Below, piece after piece: positions 33,538 to 42,661 of a stretch of 64,000 nt of DNA. The notes under the pieces are model-generated. The model did no database searches. It had not been told where the DNA came from and saw nothing but the letters and a program-made list of their open reading frames with translations. Source of the stretch: an uncultured Candidatus Actinomarina sp. GTDB lineage: Bacteria; Actinomycetota; Acidimicrobiia; Actinomarinales; Actinomarinaceae. The stretch covers positions 15,636 through 79,635 of the forward strand of contig CACLRL010000001.1 of the NCBI GenBank assembly GCA_902609285.1. The letters run 5' to 3'. The translations under genes and the position numbers were made by a program. Each line of letters opens with the position of its first letter. Positions within the stretch are counted from its first letter, which is position 1.

Positions 33538-36086
33538 TACGACTCTGTTTTAATGGGAATAAATGCTGATATTTCTTCTTCTTTAGAAAGTTTCATAACC
33601 TTTACTCCCTGAGCAACTCTACTCATTTGTTTTATTTGCTTTACAGCACATCTTATAGCTGTTCCACCAGTACTCATAAGCATAACCTCTGTGTCCTCAT
33701 CCACCGATCTTGCCCCGACCAAGTCTCCTTTAGCTTCTGTAACTTTGAGAGCTTTTACGCCGATGCCACCTCTTCCAGCTCTTCTAAACTCATCAAGCTT
33801 GGTCCTCTTTCCATACCCCTTTGCAGTAATAAATAAAAGTGTTTCTTCTCTTGAGGTTGCCGCACCAACAACTTTATCACCTTCTCTAAGCTTAATTCCC
33901 CTTACTCCCATTGCTGTTCTTCCTTGAGGTTTTAGATTGTTCTCGTCGAATCTAATTGCCTGTCCTTTTTGAGAAACTAGAATAATGTCTTCTTTTCCTG
34001 AAGTTGTTTTAACAGATACGACTTTATCATCATCTTTAAGTTTTATTGCTTGTAAAGACTTATAGTTTGAATCAAAGTCTTTAAATTTTGACTTTTTAAC
34101 TGTGCCTTTTTGAGTCATAATCAGAAGAAACTTTTCAGTTTCATAATCTCTTGTGTCAATTATGGCTTGAACTTTTTCATCCTGGCCCATTGATAAAACG
34201 TTATGAATTAAAGATCCCTTTGCTGTCCTATTAGTTTTTGGAATTTCATGTGCTTTAGCTCTATAAACTTTCCCGTTGTCTGTAAAAAATAATAAATAGG
34301 AATGTACAGAAGTTGATAAAAGGTGTTCTATCACATCTTCTTCTGATGATGAGGCTTTTACTCCTTTTCCACCCCTTCCTTGTTTTTTATATGACGTAGA
34401 AGGAACAGATTTTATATATCCTTCAGCTGATATTGAGACAATAATTTCTTCATCTTCAATAAGGTCTTCGATCTTTACTTCTCCTACGTCTGGAACAAGT
34501 CTTGATCTTCGTTCATCTCCAAATTTTTCAGTTATTGCGTCCAGCTCTTCTATAAGTATTTTGTTTTGTTTTGTTCTGCTTTTTAATATTGCAGTTAGGT
34601 CTTTTATTGTTTGCTTTAGTTCTGTCTTTTCTTCTTCAAGTTTTTCTTTTTCTAATGCCGTTAGTCTTCTTAGAGGCATATCTAAAATATGAGTTGCTTG
34701 TATTTCCGAAAGCTTAAATTTACTCATTAACGATTTTCGTGCCGCTTCAACGTCTTTTGAGGACTTAATGACTTTTATGATTTGATCAATTTTATTCAGA
34801 GCAAGCAATAGGCCGTCTACAATATGTAATCGTGATTTTGCTTTATCAAGCCTAAATTGAGACCTTCTTTGGATTACATCAATTTGGTGATCAATATAAT
34901 ATTTTATTAGTTCTGGTACTGATAGAACCCTCGGCACACCTTCAACCAATGCAACGGAATTTACAGAGAATGTATCTTGAAGCTGTGTGTATTTAAATAA
35001 ATCGTTTAAAACAACCTGTGGCACTGCGTCTCTCTTTAGTTCAACAACAAGTCTTGTTCCATTTCTATCGCTACTTTCATTTCTTAAATCAGACACACCC
35101 GTTAGTTTTTTGTCTTGAACTAATGAAGCTATTTTTTCCATAATCCTGTCAGTTGAAGCTTGATAAGGAAGTTCCTTTACTACTATTGCTGACCTGCCTT
35201 TTCCTAGCTCTTCGATGTCAGCTACAGCCCTTAACTTTATAGATCCTCTTCCTTTTAAAATTGCATCTTTTATTGTTGGGGTTTCAACAATTAATCCGCC
35301 TGTAGGAAAATCTGGACCTTTAATTATTTTCAGATAATCTCTAGGTTTTGGATCTTTTGTATTTAGCGTAAATTTAACAGCCTCAGTTATTTCTCTAAGG
35401 TTATATGGTGGCATATTTGTCGCCATAGCAACAGCAATGCCCTCAGCTCCATTAATTAAAAGATTTGGAAACCTTCCTGGTAAAACTCTTGGCTCGCTTG
35501 TTTCCCCTGAATAGTTGGGTTCAAAGATAACGGTATCTTCATCAATTCCGTCTAAAAGCTGGGAAGAAAGCGATGACATTCTTGATTCTGTATATCTCAT
35601 GGCTGCGGGCGGATCATCGGGGGTGCCAAAGTTTCCTTGAGGCTCAATCAATGGATATCTGGTACTAAAGTTTTGACCAAGTCTAACAAGTGTTCCATAA
35701 ATAGCATCATTTCCATGTGGGTGATAATTACCCATAACATCCCCAACTACCTTTGAACACTTTCTAAAGGGTCCAGTTGGGCGAATTCCTGTTTCATACA
35801 TCGAATACAAAATTCTTCTCTGTACTGGTTTTAACCCGTCTTTAACATCTGGCAAGGCCCTTGAAACAATAACGGACATTGCATAGTCAAGAAAAGATTT
35901 TGAAATTTCATCTTCGACTGCAATTGCACCATTCATTTCGGCTTTTTTAGCTGCTGGTTTTTTTGGTGGTGATTTTTTAGCTACAGGTTTTTTTGGTGGT
36001 TTTTTAGCTGCTGGTTTTTTTGGTGGTGATTTTTTAGCTGCTGGTTTTTTTGGTGGTTTTTTAGCTGCTGGTTTTTTTGCTGGCAT
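33537..36086 (-). CDS. gyrA: DNA gyrase subunit A with N-terminal PAKK-repeat basic extension
   Basis: The catalytic region YAMSVIVSRALPDVKDGLKPVQRR...HPHG and the C-terminal beta-pinwheel repeats are present. About 48 aa of Lys/Pro/Ala repeats precede the canonical start of homology. Confidence 0.95.
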   Translation of the reverse strand: MPAKKPAAKKPPKKPAAKKSPPKKPAAKKPPKKPVAKKSPPKKPAAKKAEMNGAIAVEDEISKSFLDYAMSVIVSRALPDVKDGLKPVQRRILYSMYETGIRPTGPFRKCSKVVGDVMGNYHPHGNDAIYGTLVRLGQNFSTRYPLIEPQGNFGTPDDPPAAMRYTESRMSSLSSQLLDGIDEDTVIFEPNYSGETSEPRVLPGRFPNLLINGAEGIAVAMATNMPPYNLREITEAVKFTLNTKDPKPRDYLKIIKGPDFPTGGLIVETPTIKDAILKGRGSIKLRAVADIEELGKGRSAIVVKELPYQASTDRIMEKIASLVQDKKLTGVSDLRNESSDRNGTRLVVELKRDAVPQVVLNDLFKYTQLQDTFSVNSVALVEGVPRVLSVPELIKYYIDHQIDVIQRRSQFRLDKAKSRLHIVDGLLLALNKIDQIIKVIKSSKDVEAARKSLMSKFKLSEIQATHILDMPLRRLTALEKEKLEEEKTELKQTIKDLTAILKSRTKQNKILIEELDAITEKFGDERRSRLVPDVGEVKIEDLIEDEEIIVSISAEGYIKSVPSTSYKKQGRGGKGVKASSSEEDVIEHLLSTSVHSYLLFFTDNGKVYRAKAHEIPKTNRTAKGSLIHNVLSMGQDEKVQAIIDTRDYETEKFLLIMTQKGTVKKSKFKDFDSNYKSLQAIKLKDDDKVVSVKTTSGKEDIILVSQKGQAIRFDENNLKPQGRTAMGVRGIKLREGDKVVGAATSREETLLFITAKGYGKRTKLDEFRRAGRGGIGVKALKVTEAKGDLVGARSVDEDTEVMLMSTGGTAIRCAVKQIKQMSRVAQGVKVMKLSKEEEISAFIPIKTES
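35943..36083 (-). repeat. in-frame tandem DNA repeat (alternating 30/27-nt units) encoding (P/A)AKKP-type repeats of GyrA
   Basis: The plus strand shows TTTTTTAGCTGCTGGTTTTTTTGGTGGT(GA) repeated about 5 times with few substitutions. Confidence 0.85.
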
Positions 36087-36087
36087 T

Positions 36088-38010
36088 TTAAACGTCCAGG
36101 AACCTTACATATTTTGCATTTTCCTCTATGAAGGTTTTTCTTTTTGTAACGTCGTTACCCATTAAAACTTCAAACATATTTGCTGCTTTTGCTTCGGCCG
36201 CTTTTCCGTCAGCAATGCTTACTTTGATTAGTGTTCGTGACTCTGGATTCATTGCTGTGTCCCAAAGCTCTCCAGCGTTCATTTCACCAAGACCCTTGAA
36301 CCTGCTTATATCAAATTTGCGATTTTTATTTTCTTTTTTAAATGCTTCCAGATCCTCGTCATCTTTAAGGTAGTTTATTGATCCTGATGACTTTGCCCTA
36401 TAAAGTGGGGGCTCTGAAATCCAAACCTTTCCTTCTTTTATAAGACCGGGCATAAATTTGAAAAAGAAGGTTAACAAGAGTGTTCTAATGTGTGCGCCAT
36501 CTACGTCTGCGTCTGTTAAAAGTATGATTTTATCGTATCTTGACTCTTCTCCTTTGTATTCGGTATTTATTCCTGTTCCTATTGCTTTAATTAATGAACT
36601 AATTTCTTCATTTTGTAGTGCTCTGTTCTCTGTAACTTTCTGAACGTTTATTATTTTTCCTCTAATAGGAAGTATTGCTTGGGTTTTTGAATCTCTTGCC
36701 TGTTTTGCTGGTCCAGCAGCCGAGTCTCCTTCTACAATAAACAATTCGCTTTCAGATGGATCTGTTGATGAACAGTCTGCCAACTTTCCTGGAAGTCCAG
36801 AAGTTTCGAGTATGCTTTTTCTTTTAGTAAGCTCTCTTGCTTTTTTTGCACTCATTCTAGCTTTGGCGGCAAGAGCACACCTCTCTACTATTGCCCTTCC
36901 TTCTTTTGTGTTTTTTGATAACCATTTAGGAAATTCTTGATTAACTAAAACTTGAACTCTTGATTTCATCTCGGTGTTTCCTAATTTTGTTTTAGTCTGG
37001 CCTTCAAACTGAGGTTCTTTGACTCTTACAGAAACTACTCCTGTAATACCTTCTCTAATGTCGTCACCAGTTAATGAAATATCAGAATGAAGGTTTCTTG
37101 ATTTAGCAAAGTCGTTGATGGCTTTTGTTACTGCTGTTCTAAGGCCTTCCTCGTGAGTTCCTCCTTCAAGTGTGTGTATGTTGTTTGCAAAACTTTTAAT
37201 GTTTATGTCGTCTTCTGTTTTCCACTGCATGGCTACTTCAATTTCTGAGTCTTTGCTTTGATCTGAAAATGAAATTGTTTTTTCATGAAGAACGTCGAAA
37301 CCCTCGTTTAAATAATCAACGAAATCAACAAGACCTCCTTTGTAATGAAAGTTTTCCTTAGTTGCTGGCTTTACTCTGTTGTCAGTAAGATTTATCTTTA
37401 ATCCTTTATTAAGAAAGGCAGTTTGTCTGAGTCTTTCGGAAACAATGTTGTACTCAAAAAGCTGTGTTTCATCAAATATATTAGGATCTGGTAAAAAATT
37501 TATTTTTGTTCCTGTTTTTTTTGATACCTTGCCTTTTTTTATCTTTGTTTTTGGTTTTCCAAGGTCAAAGTCTTGATTCCAAAAGTGTCCGTCTCTTTGA
37601 ACCTCAACCTTAACAACTGTAGAAAGGGCATTGACAACCGAGATGCCCACTCCATGTAGTCCTCCACTTACGGTGTACGCTCCTGACTCGAATTTTCCAC
37701 CTGCATGAAGGGTTGTAAGTACTGTGGTGAGAGCTGATTTTTTTGTTTTAGGGTGTGGCTTTACTGGTATTCCACTTCCGTTATCTTTTACGGTAACTGA
37801 GCCGTTTTTTTCAAGAACAACATCAATTTGATTACACCGTCCAGCCATGGCTTCATCAACTGAGTTGTCTACAACCTCCCAAATTAGATGGTGGAGGCCG
37901 TTTGGTCCTGTCGAACCAATATACATAGCTGGCCTTTTTCTTACTGCCTCTAGGCCTTCTAAGACTTTTATGTCTTTGGAATCATAACTTTTAGAATCTT
38001 TTTTTGGCAC
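36088..38010 (-). CDS. gyrB: DNA gyrase subunit B
   Basis: GHKL ATPase (LHHLIWEVVDNSVDEA), Toprim (EGDSAGG) and the C-terminal tail. GTG start. Confidence 0.95.
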   Translation of the reverse strand: MPKKDSKSYDSKDIKVLEGLEAVRKRPAMYIGSTGPNGLHHLIWEVVDNSVDEAMAGRCNQIDVVLEKNGSVTVKDNGSGIPVKPHPKTKKSALTTVLTTLHAGGKFESGAYTVSGGLHGVGISVVNALSTVVKVEVQRDGHFWNQDFDLGKPKTKIKKGKVSKKTGTKINFLPDPNIFDETQLFEYNIVSERLRQTAFLNKGLKINLTDNRVKPATKENFHYKGGLVDFVDYLNEGFDVLHEKTISFSDQSKDSEIEVAMQWKTEDDINIKSFANNIHTLEGGTHEEGLRTAVTKAINDFAKSRNLHSDISLTGDDIREGITGVVSVRVKEPQFEGQTKTKLGNTEMKSRVQVLVNQEFPKWLSKNTKEGRAIVERCALAAKARMSAKKARELTKRKSILETSGLPGKLADCSSTDPSESELFIVEGDSAAGPAKQARDSKTQAILPIRGKIINVQKVTENRALQNEEISSLIKAIGTGINTEYKGEESRYDKIILLTDADVDGAHIRTLLLTFFFKFMPGLIKEGKVWISEPPLYRAKSSGSINYLKDDEDLEAFKKENKNRKFDISRFKGLGEMNAGELWDTAMNPESRTLIKVSIADGKAAEAKAANMFEVLMGNDVTKRKTFIEENAKYVRFLDV

Positions 38011-38082
38011 GGATCTCCTAAGATACGTTTCTATTTAATTAAGTACAGCCCCTTGCTGAACTCTTATTTTAGTAGAAATACG

Positions 38083-38376
38083 TTATTTTTGCTGGTTATT
38101 TTGCAATTGAACAAGTAAAGAATTGACTGAAAATCCAAGCTTTTTTTCTATGTTGTTAATTATTTTTAACGACTCTAGCTCTATTACGTCCTGGAGTCTT
38201 TTTGAATTTACATAGATAATGAGTACGTTATCAACAAGTGGGCCAGTTACAATATCGTTTTTCCATGGGTAAGAAGATTTGTTAAAATAGTTTTTGATCT
38301 GCTCAGATTTTTTAAAATTAATGCCTAAGTTGTTTTCTTCAATATTTATTCTTTCAGGCCCTTTTGGTTTTTTCAA
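38083..38376 (-). CDS. DUF721 / DciA-like protein
   Basis: 97 aa at the position of actinobacterial Rv0004-type DUF721. It has W..IVG-like WKNDIVTGPL and LIIYVNS blocks. The TTG start overlaps the dnaN stop (TTGA). Confidence 0.55.
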   Translation of the reverse strand: MKKPKGPERINIEENNLGINFKKSEQIKNYFNKSSYPWKNDIVTGPLVDNVLIIYVNSKRLQDVIELESLKIINNIEKKLGFSVNSLLVQLQNNQQK

Positions 38377-39488
38377 GTTGATCTGACTGGCATCAGTAAA
38401 TATTTATAGTTTTCAACATCTCCCTGTATAACTACAGGCTTTTCATTTCCTGAAAATCTCATATAAACCGTGTTTCCCTCTAAAACTTCAATTCCTTGTA
38501 TTAAAAAATTTGGATTGAAGGAGGCTTTGAACCCCTTTATCTCACCAGTTTCCACTCCTAAAATTTTTATATCTATTTCTTCTTTTCCTCCTCCAACGTC
38601 TTTATTAAGAGTGGTGATTGTAAGTAGATCATTGTTTTCAAAAACAAAAGTTACAGGGATGTACCCTTCAGCAACAACAGTAGCCCTATCTAAACATTCA
38701 AGAATTTCTTTTTTGTTGATTTCTACAGTAAAAAGGGTTTCTTTTGGAAAAAGGTTTTCATATTGAGGAAACGTTCCTTCAACCTTGCGAAGAGATGCGA
38801 AATATTTATCATTAAAAAAATAAATATCTTTTTCATTTGAGTTTATTTTTAGTACCTCGTTTTCATTCTCGAAAAGCTTAATAACTTCGCTTAAAGAACG
38901 ATAAGAAACAATTCCTACATCGTTAATTGGGAAGTTGCTTATTTCTTGTGTTGCGAGCCTGTAGCTGTCTGTTGCAGCAAGTTCTGTTTTCTCTCCTTGA
39001 TTGTTGAAGTAAATTCCGGTAAGTATTGGTCTTCCGCCTTCTGGTGTTGATGCTATGCCAACATTTTTCAAAGAATCAAAAAGCTCAGAAACCTTAACTT
39101 CTTGGGTGTTTTCGTTTTCTTCGTGGTTGTTCAAAAAAACTTCAGGGTAGTCTTTGCTTTCAAGTTTTCTAAGGGTGAAGTCTAGCGTTTCTGTTTCTAT
39201 TTTAAGATCGCTTCCAACGTCTGAAAAAACAACCTCTCCTTCAGGTAGTTTTCTTATAATTTCTGATAGCTTATTTGAATTTACCAAACAGTCTCCATCA
39301 AGATCTACTTCAACAGAAACTCTTGATTTAATAGTAATGTCTAAATCAGAACCGATTAACTCAACAATGCCTTCAGCTACACGGACATACAAACCTGACA
39401 TGGCTGGAGTAGAAGGACGCTGGTTTACAACTCTTGAAACAGAAGAGACAGCCTCTCTAAGTTCTTTTGTCTTTGTTTTGAATTTCAC
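38373..39488 (-). CDS. dnaN: DNA polymerase III beta sliding clamp
   Basis: 371 aa with three-domain clamp organisation and a conserved C-terminal LMPVR. Confidence 0.9.
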   Translation of the reverse strand: MKFKTKTKELREAVSSVSRVVNQRPSTPAMSGLYVRVAEGIVELIGSDLDITIKSRVSVEVDLDGDCLVNSNKLSEIIRKLPEGEVVFSDVGSDLKIETETLDFTLRKLESKDYPEVFLNNHEENENTQEVKVSELFDSLKNVGIASTPEGGRPILTGIYFNNQGEKTELAATDSYRLATQEISNFPINDVGIVSYRSLSEVIKLFENENEVLKINSNEKDIYFFNDKYFASLRKVEGTFPQYENLFPKETLFTVEINKKEILECLDRATVVAEGYIPVTFVFENNDLLTITTLNKDVGGGKEEIDIKILGVETGEIKGFKASFNPNFLIQGIEVLEGNTVYMRFSGNEKPVVIQGDVENYKYLLMPVRST

Positions 39489-39602
39489 TTTTTATCCTTT
39501 ATATATTTAATAATAATAAGCATGTCTGAATTGTTGAGATGGGCAAAAAGTCATAAAATAGTGGGTTATTTTAAAAACAACATATAACAAAATAGACAAA
39601 AA

Positions 39603-40907
39603 CTAACCAACTTCTTTTAAAGCAAGTGAATTGTTGAAGTTGTCAGCTTCTTTGATGACAATTGGAGAACTTTTTGACTTTTCAATATAAGAAAGAACCG
39701 TAGAATGACTTCTACCACCCAAGTAAATGCCTATTTGGTTTAAAGATAGATCAGTATGGTTTCTAGCAAGGTTTGCAAAAAGCTTTCTAGACTCGTTAAC
39801 GTTAGAGCTTCTGTTTTTAGAAACTATTAGATCCTTGTCAACCTGAAAGACCCTAGAAACATAATTTAGAATATGTTCAGGTTTTATAGCTTCTAAGTAG
39901 CCTTCACTCTTTTCGCTAACGAGTTCGTCAATATACTTGTTATTACTTTTCCCTGTTTGTTTGTTTAATAGAACTTTGTTAATAATCCCGTTTATATCTC
40001 TAAAGCTGTTTATTTTTAAATTTTTTAATTTACTGATTTCTTCTCCGGACAACAGGTAACCGCCGTGATCTTTATTAGCTTTTTTCAAAACCTTTAAAAA
40101 CATTTCATCATCAGGCTTTTCAATATCTGTTACCAGACCATTCAATATTCTTGAAACCAGTCTCTCTGGAAAACCCAACAACCTTTCAGGTTTTTGATCA
40201 GAAACAAGAACAACAGACTTTTCGTTGTTTAGAAAATAATTTATTGTGTGAAAAAGCTCCTCTGAAACTCCTTTTTTTCCCATAAAAAACTGTATGTCAT
40301 CTACCAATAAAATATCTACAGAACGAATTTTTGATTTAAACACATCAATATCGTTATTTTTAATTCCACGAATATATGAATCTAGAAAAGACTCAGAGTC
40401 AATATAAAAGGAAGAGTGATGAGACTTTTCAATTGTTTTTAATAAAAACGTTTTTCCAACTCCTGGGGGACCATATATAAACAAAGGATTAAAGCGCTTT
40501 CCAGGGCTGGAGACAACAGATTTTGCGGCTGTAACCGCTAGGTTGTTTGGACCTCCAACAAACAAGTCATCAAAAGTTGAAAAATCTGGCTCAACTTTAA
40601 TAGCTTCTATGGCTTTTACCTCTCTGTTTTCGTATTTTTCCTCAAAAAAAACTTCGCTATCTGGAATTTTCATATTTTTATCTAGAATAAAAACGCAATC
40701 ATCAAATCCAGTCACTTTTTTATAAGAGTCTTTAATTTTTTCATATAGTTTTTTTTCTATTGATGATTTAATGAACTCTGACCTTACATGAATATTTAAG
40801 TTTTTATCTTCGAATTTAAAATCAACTTGATCGAGCCAATATTTGTCAGTTTTTGAAAGTTTTGACTGTTTTATTTCTAACTCGAAGGCATCTACAACAT
40901 TATTCAT
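39603..40907 (-). CDS. dnaA: chromosomal replication initiator DnaA
   Basis: AAA+ domain (GPPGVGKTFLL, LLVDDIQF) and a C-terminal DnaA-box-binding HTH (GGRSHSTVL). Confidence 0.9.
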   Translation of the reverse strand: MNNVVDAFELEIKQSKLSKTDKYWLDQVDFKFEDKNLNIHVRSEFIKSSIEKKLYEKIKDSYKKVTGFDDCVFILDKNMKIPDSEVFFEEKYENREVKAIEAIKVEPDFSTFDDLFVGGPNNLAVTAAKSVVSSPGKRFNPLFIYGPPGVGKTFLLKTIEKSHHSSFYIDSESFLDSYIRGIKNNDIDVFKSKIRSVDILLVDDIQFFMGKKGVSEELFHTINYFLNNEKSVVLVSDQKPERLLGFPERLVSRILNGLVTDIEKPDDEMFLKVLKKANKDHGGYLLSGEEISKLKNLKINSFRDINGIINKVLLNKQTGKSNNKYIDELVSEKSEGYLEAIKPEHILNYVSRVFQVDKDLIVSKNRSSNVNESRKLFANLARNHTDLSLNQIGIYLGGRSHSTVLSYIEKSKSSPIVIKEADNFNNSLALKEVG

Positions 40908-41179
40908 TCTGATTAAATTTAATGATTACGCTTTTAAATTCATAGAGTGTTAAAAACAAATTAAAGAACTTAAGATTTAATAAATAGTAAAAAATAACCA
41001 ATAAATATAACGGTTTAGTCCCAAAAAACCATATTAGAAAGTTATTAGTATCTAGATTGTGAAACTTAGTTAAAAAAGTTTTCGCGAATCTAATCCACTT
41101 TTCGCGAACTATTAAATTAAATATTAATATTGTTTGTTTAAAAAATTTTTTAATATATTGTATTTAAACAGGATAAAAA
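40908..41179. other. putative oriC / divergent dnaA-rpmH control region
   Basis: Gene orientation switches here, with the minus strand for about 18 kb to the left and the plus strand to the right. There is a very AT-rich tract at 41110..41170 and one 7/9 DnaA-box-like TAATCCACT. This box is flanked by two TTTTCGCGAA repeats 20 nt apart. No perfect DnaA box was found. Confidence 0.4.
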
Positions 41180-41314
41180 ATGAAAAGAACTTACCAACCT
41201 AGTAATAGAAAAAGAAGTAGAAAACACGGTTTTAGAAGCAGAATGAGAACCAGAGCGGGTAGAGAAATTCTTAAAAGAAGAAGAAAAAAAGGTAGAAAGA
41301 TAATTTCCGCTTAA
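41180..41314 (+). CDS. rpmH: 50S ribosomal protein L34
   Basis: [44 protein letters not shown]. It is below the ORF-track cutoff and was read directly. Confidence 0.9.
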   Translation: MKRTYQPSNRKRSRKHGFRSRMRTRAGREILKRRRKKGRKIISA

Positions 41315-41319
41315 GCTAA

Positions 41320-41643
41320 TTGGTTAAATTTACTGCACTAAATAAGAGAAATCATTTTTTCAGACTGAAAAAAGAAGAAAACTGTTTTACTGAAAAAGGA
41401 CTTAAGGTTTACATAGAAGAAAATAACGATACAAATTCTAAACTTGGAATCAGCATTTCAAGTAAACAGACCACCGCAGTAGAGCGAAACAAATTTAAAA
41501 GAAGGATTAAAGAGGCAGTAAGGGGCTTAGAAGAAGAAAAAAATTTTGATATTTATATTGTTGGATCTAAAAATAATTTAAATTTAAAAGTTAACGAGAT
41601 GCAAAAAATTATATCTTCTCACCCAAAACTTATAAAAAAATGA
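41320..41643 (+). CDS. rnpA: ribonuclease P protein component
   Basis: Position after rpmH and an RNR-like motif AVERNKFKRRIKEA. TTG start. Confidence 0.8.
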   Translation: MVKFTALNKRNHFFRLKKEENCFTEKGLKVYIEENNDTNSKLGISISSKQTTAVERNKFKRRIKEAVRGLEEEKNFDIYIVGSKNNLNLKVNEMQKIISSHPKLIKK

Positions 41644-41852
41644 AACTAACAAGTATTTTATTTACGGTGTTTCGGGCACTATTGGGATTCTTTGGCGTTG
41701 GTCAAGGGAACTGTCTTTATTATCCTTCCTGTTCAAACCAAATAAGAAAAAGTATGCAGGAAAAAGGTTTTGTAATGACAATTCCTTTAGTTTTTGAAAG
41801 AGCTTATAAATGTAATCCACTTTATAGAAAGTTTGGTAAAAATTGGCAATAA
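41640..41852 (+). CDS. yidD: membrane protein insertion efficiency factor YidD
   Basis: CLYYPSCSNQ motif. ATGA overlap with rnpA. Confidence 0.8.
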   Translation: MKLTSILFTVFRALLGFFGVGQGNCLYYPSCSNQIRKSMQEKGFVMTIPLVFERAYKCNPLYRKFGKNWQ

Positions 41853-42661
41853 TTGAACCTTTTGCGCTTGGAATTGGATTTCTTTTATCTTTTGTTTATG
41901 GATATGTTCCGTCTTACGGTACTTCGATTGCAATTTTGACAGTAATAATAAATATTATAATTTTCCCCCTAACTCTTAGACAGACAAGATCTACTAAAAG
42001 AATGCAGGACGTTCAGCCAGAGCTCAAGAGACTCCAAAAAAAGCATAAAGACAACAAAGAAGAACTAAATAAAGAGATTGCAGCATTTTATAAAGAAAAA
42101 GGAATCAACCCACTCGGCTGTGTTGTTCCACTTTTGGTACAAATGCCGGTTTGGTTTGCGCTGTTCAGAGTTTTAAGAGAGCCGTTATTATTTATACCCA
42201 AATCAGAATCGTTATTTTTAGATCTTGAAAACAACGTAAACATTCTCTTTTTTAATATGGATTTACAAATTCCCGCTTCTGAAATCTCTACTTGGGTTGA
42301 AAGGGTACCTTATATCATTGTTATTTTAATGGTTGTTGCAACAGCGCTTTTTCAACAGAAACAAATAACAAAAAAGCAGGGAAAGAGTGACAATCCACAA
42401 GCTCAACAAATGCAGATGATTGGGAAGGTTATGCCAATATTTTTTGGTTTTATATCTTGGACTCTTCCTTCAGGTCTAGTTATTTATTTTTTAACAGGGA
42501 ACATCTTTAGAATCGGTCAACAGGCACTGATAATTAGAATTGAAGATAAAAATGAAACCAACGATAAACAAGAGAAACAAAAAGAACAAGTAGAGGACAA
42601 GGAAGAAACCAATCAAGAACAAGATCCTCGTAAAAACAGAAAAAAAAGAAGGAGAAAATAA
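41843..42661 (+). CDS. yidC: membrane protein insertase YidC (short Gram-positive type) with basic C-terminal tail
   Basis: 60-kDa IMP core (PLTLRQTRSTKRMQ, GCVVPLLVQMPVWFALF) and the tail RKNRKKRRRK. Confidence 0.85.
   Translation: MAIIEPFALGIGFLLSFVYGYVPSYGTSIAILTVIINIIIFPLTLRQTRSTKRMQDVQPELKRLQKKHKDNKEELNKEIAAFYKEKGINPLGCVVPLLVQMPVWFALFRVLREPLLFIPKSESLFLDLENNVNILFFNMDLQIPASEISTWVERVPYIIVILMVVATALFQQKQITKKQGKSDNPQAQQMQMIGKVMPIFFGFISWTLPSGLVIYFLTGNIFRIGQQALIIRIEDKNETNDKQEKQKEQVEDKEETNQEQDPRKNRKKRRRK

Noticed and set aside
35943-36083. The regular 27/30-nt repeats could be mistaken for a CRISPR-like or minisatellite array.
   Set aside because: The repeats are contiguous with no spacers. They are in frame with gyrA and encode PAKK-type peptide repeats. 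The same logic applies to the GAAGGTCATGATGATGAAGAA repeat (about 56795..56885) encoding the ZnuA His-rich loop.
38011-38082. Repeated ATACGTT / AACGTAT strings upstream of gyrB as a possible operator.
   Set aside because: The two copies are only imperfectly symmetric and short (7 nt). In DNA this AT-rich the match is not distinguishable from chance.
39489-39602. dnaA-dnaN spacer as oriC, the usual actinobacterial location.
   Set aside because: It is only 114 nt. It contains just partial box-like strings (TTATCCTTT, GTGGGTTAT) and no repeated boxes. I cannot support an origin call here, and the strand switch favours the rpmH-dnaA spacer.
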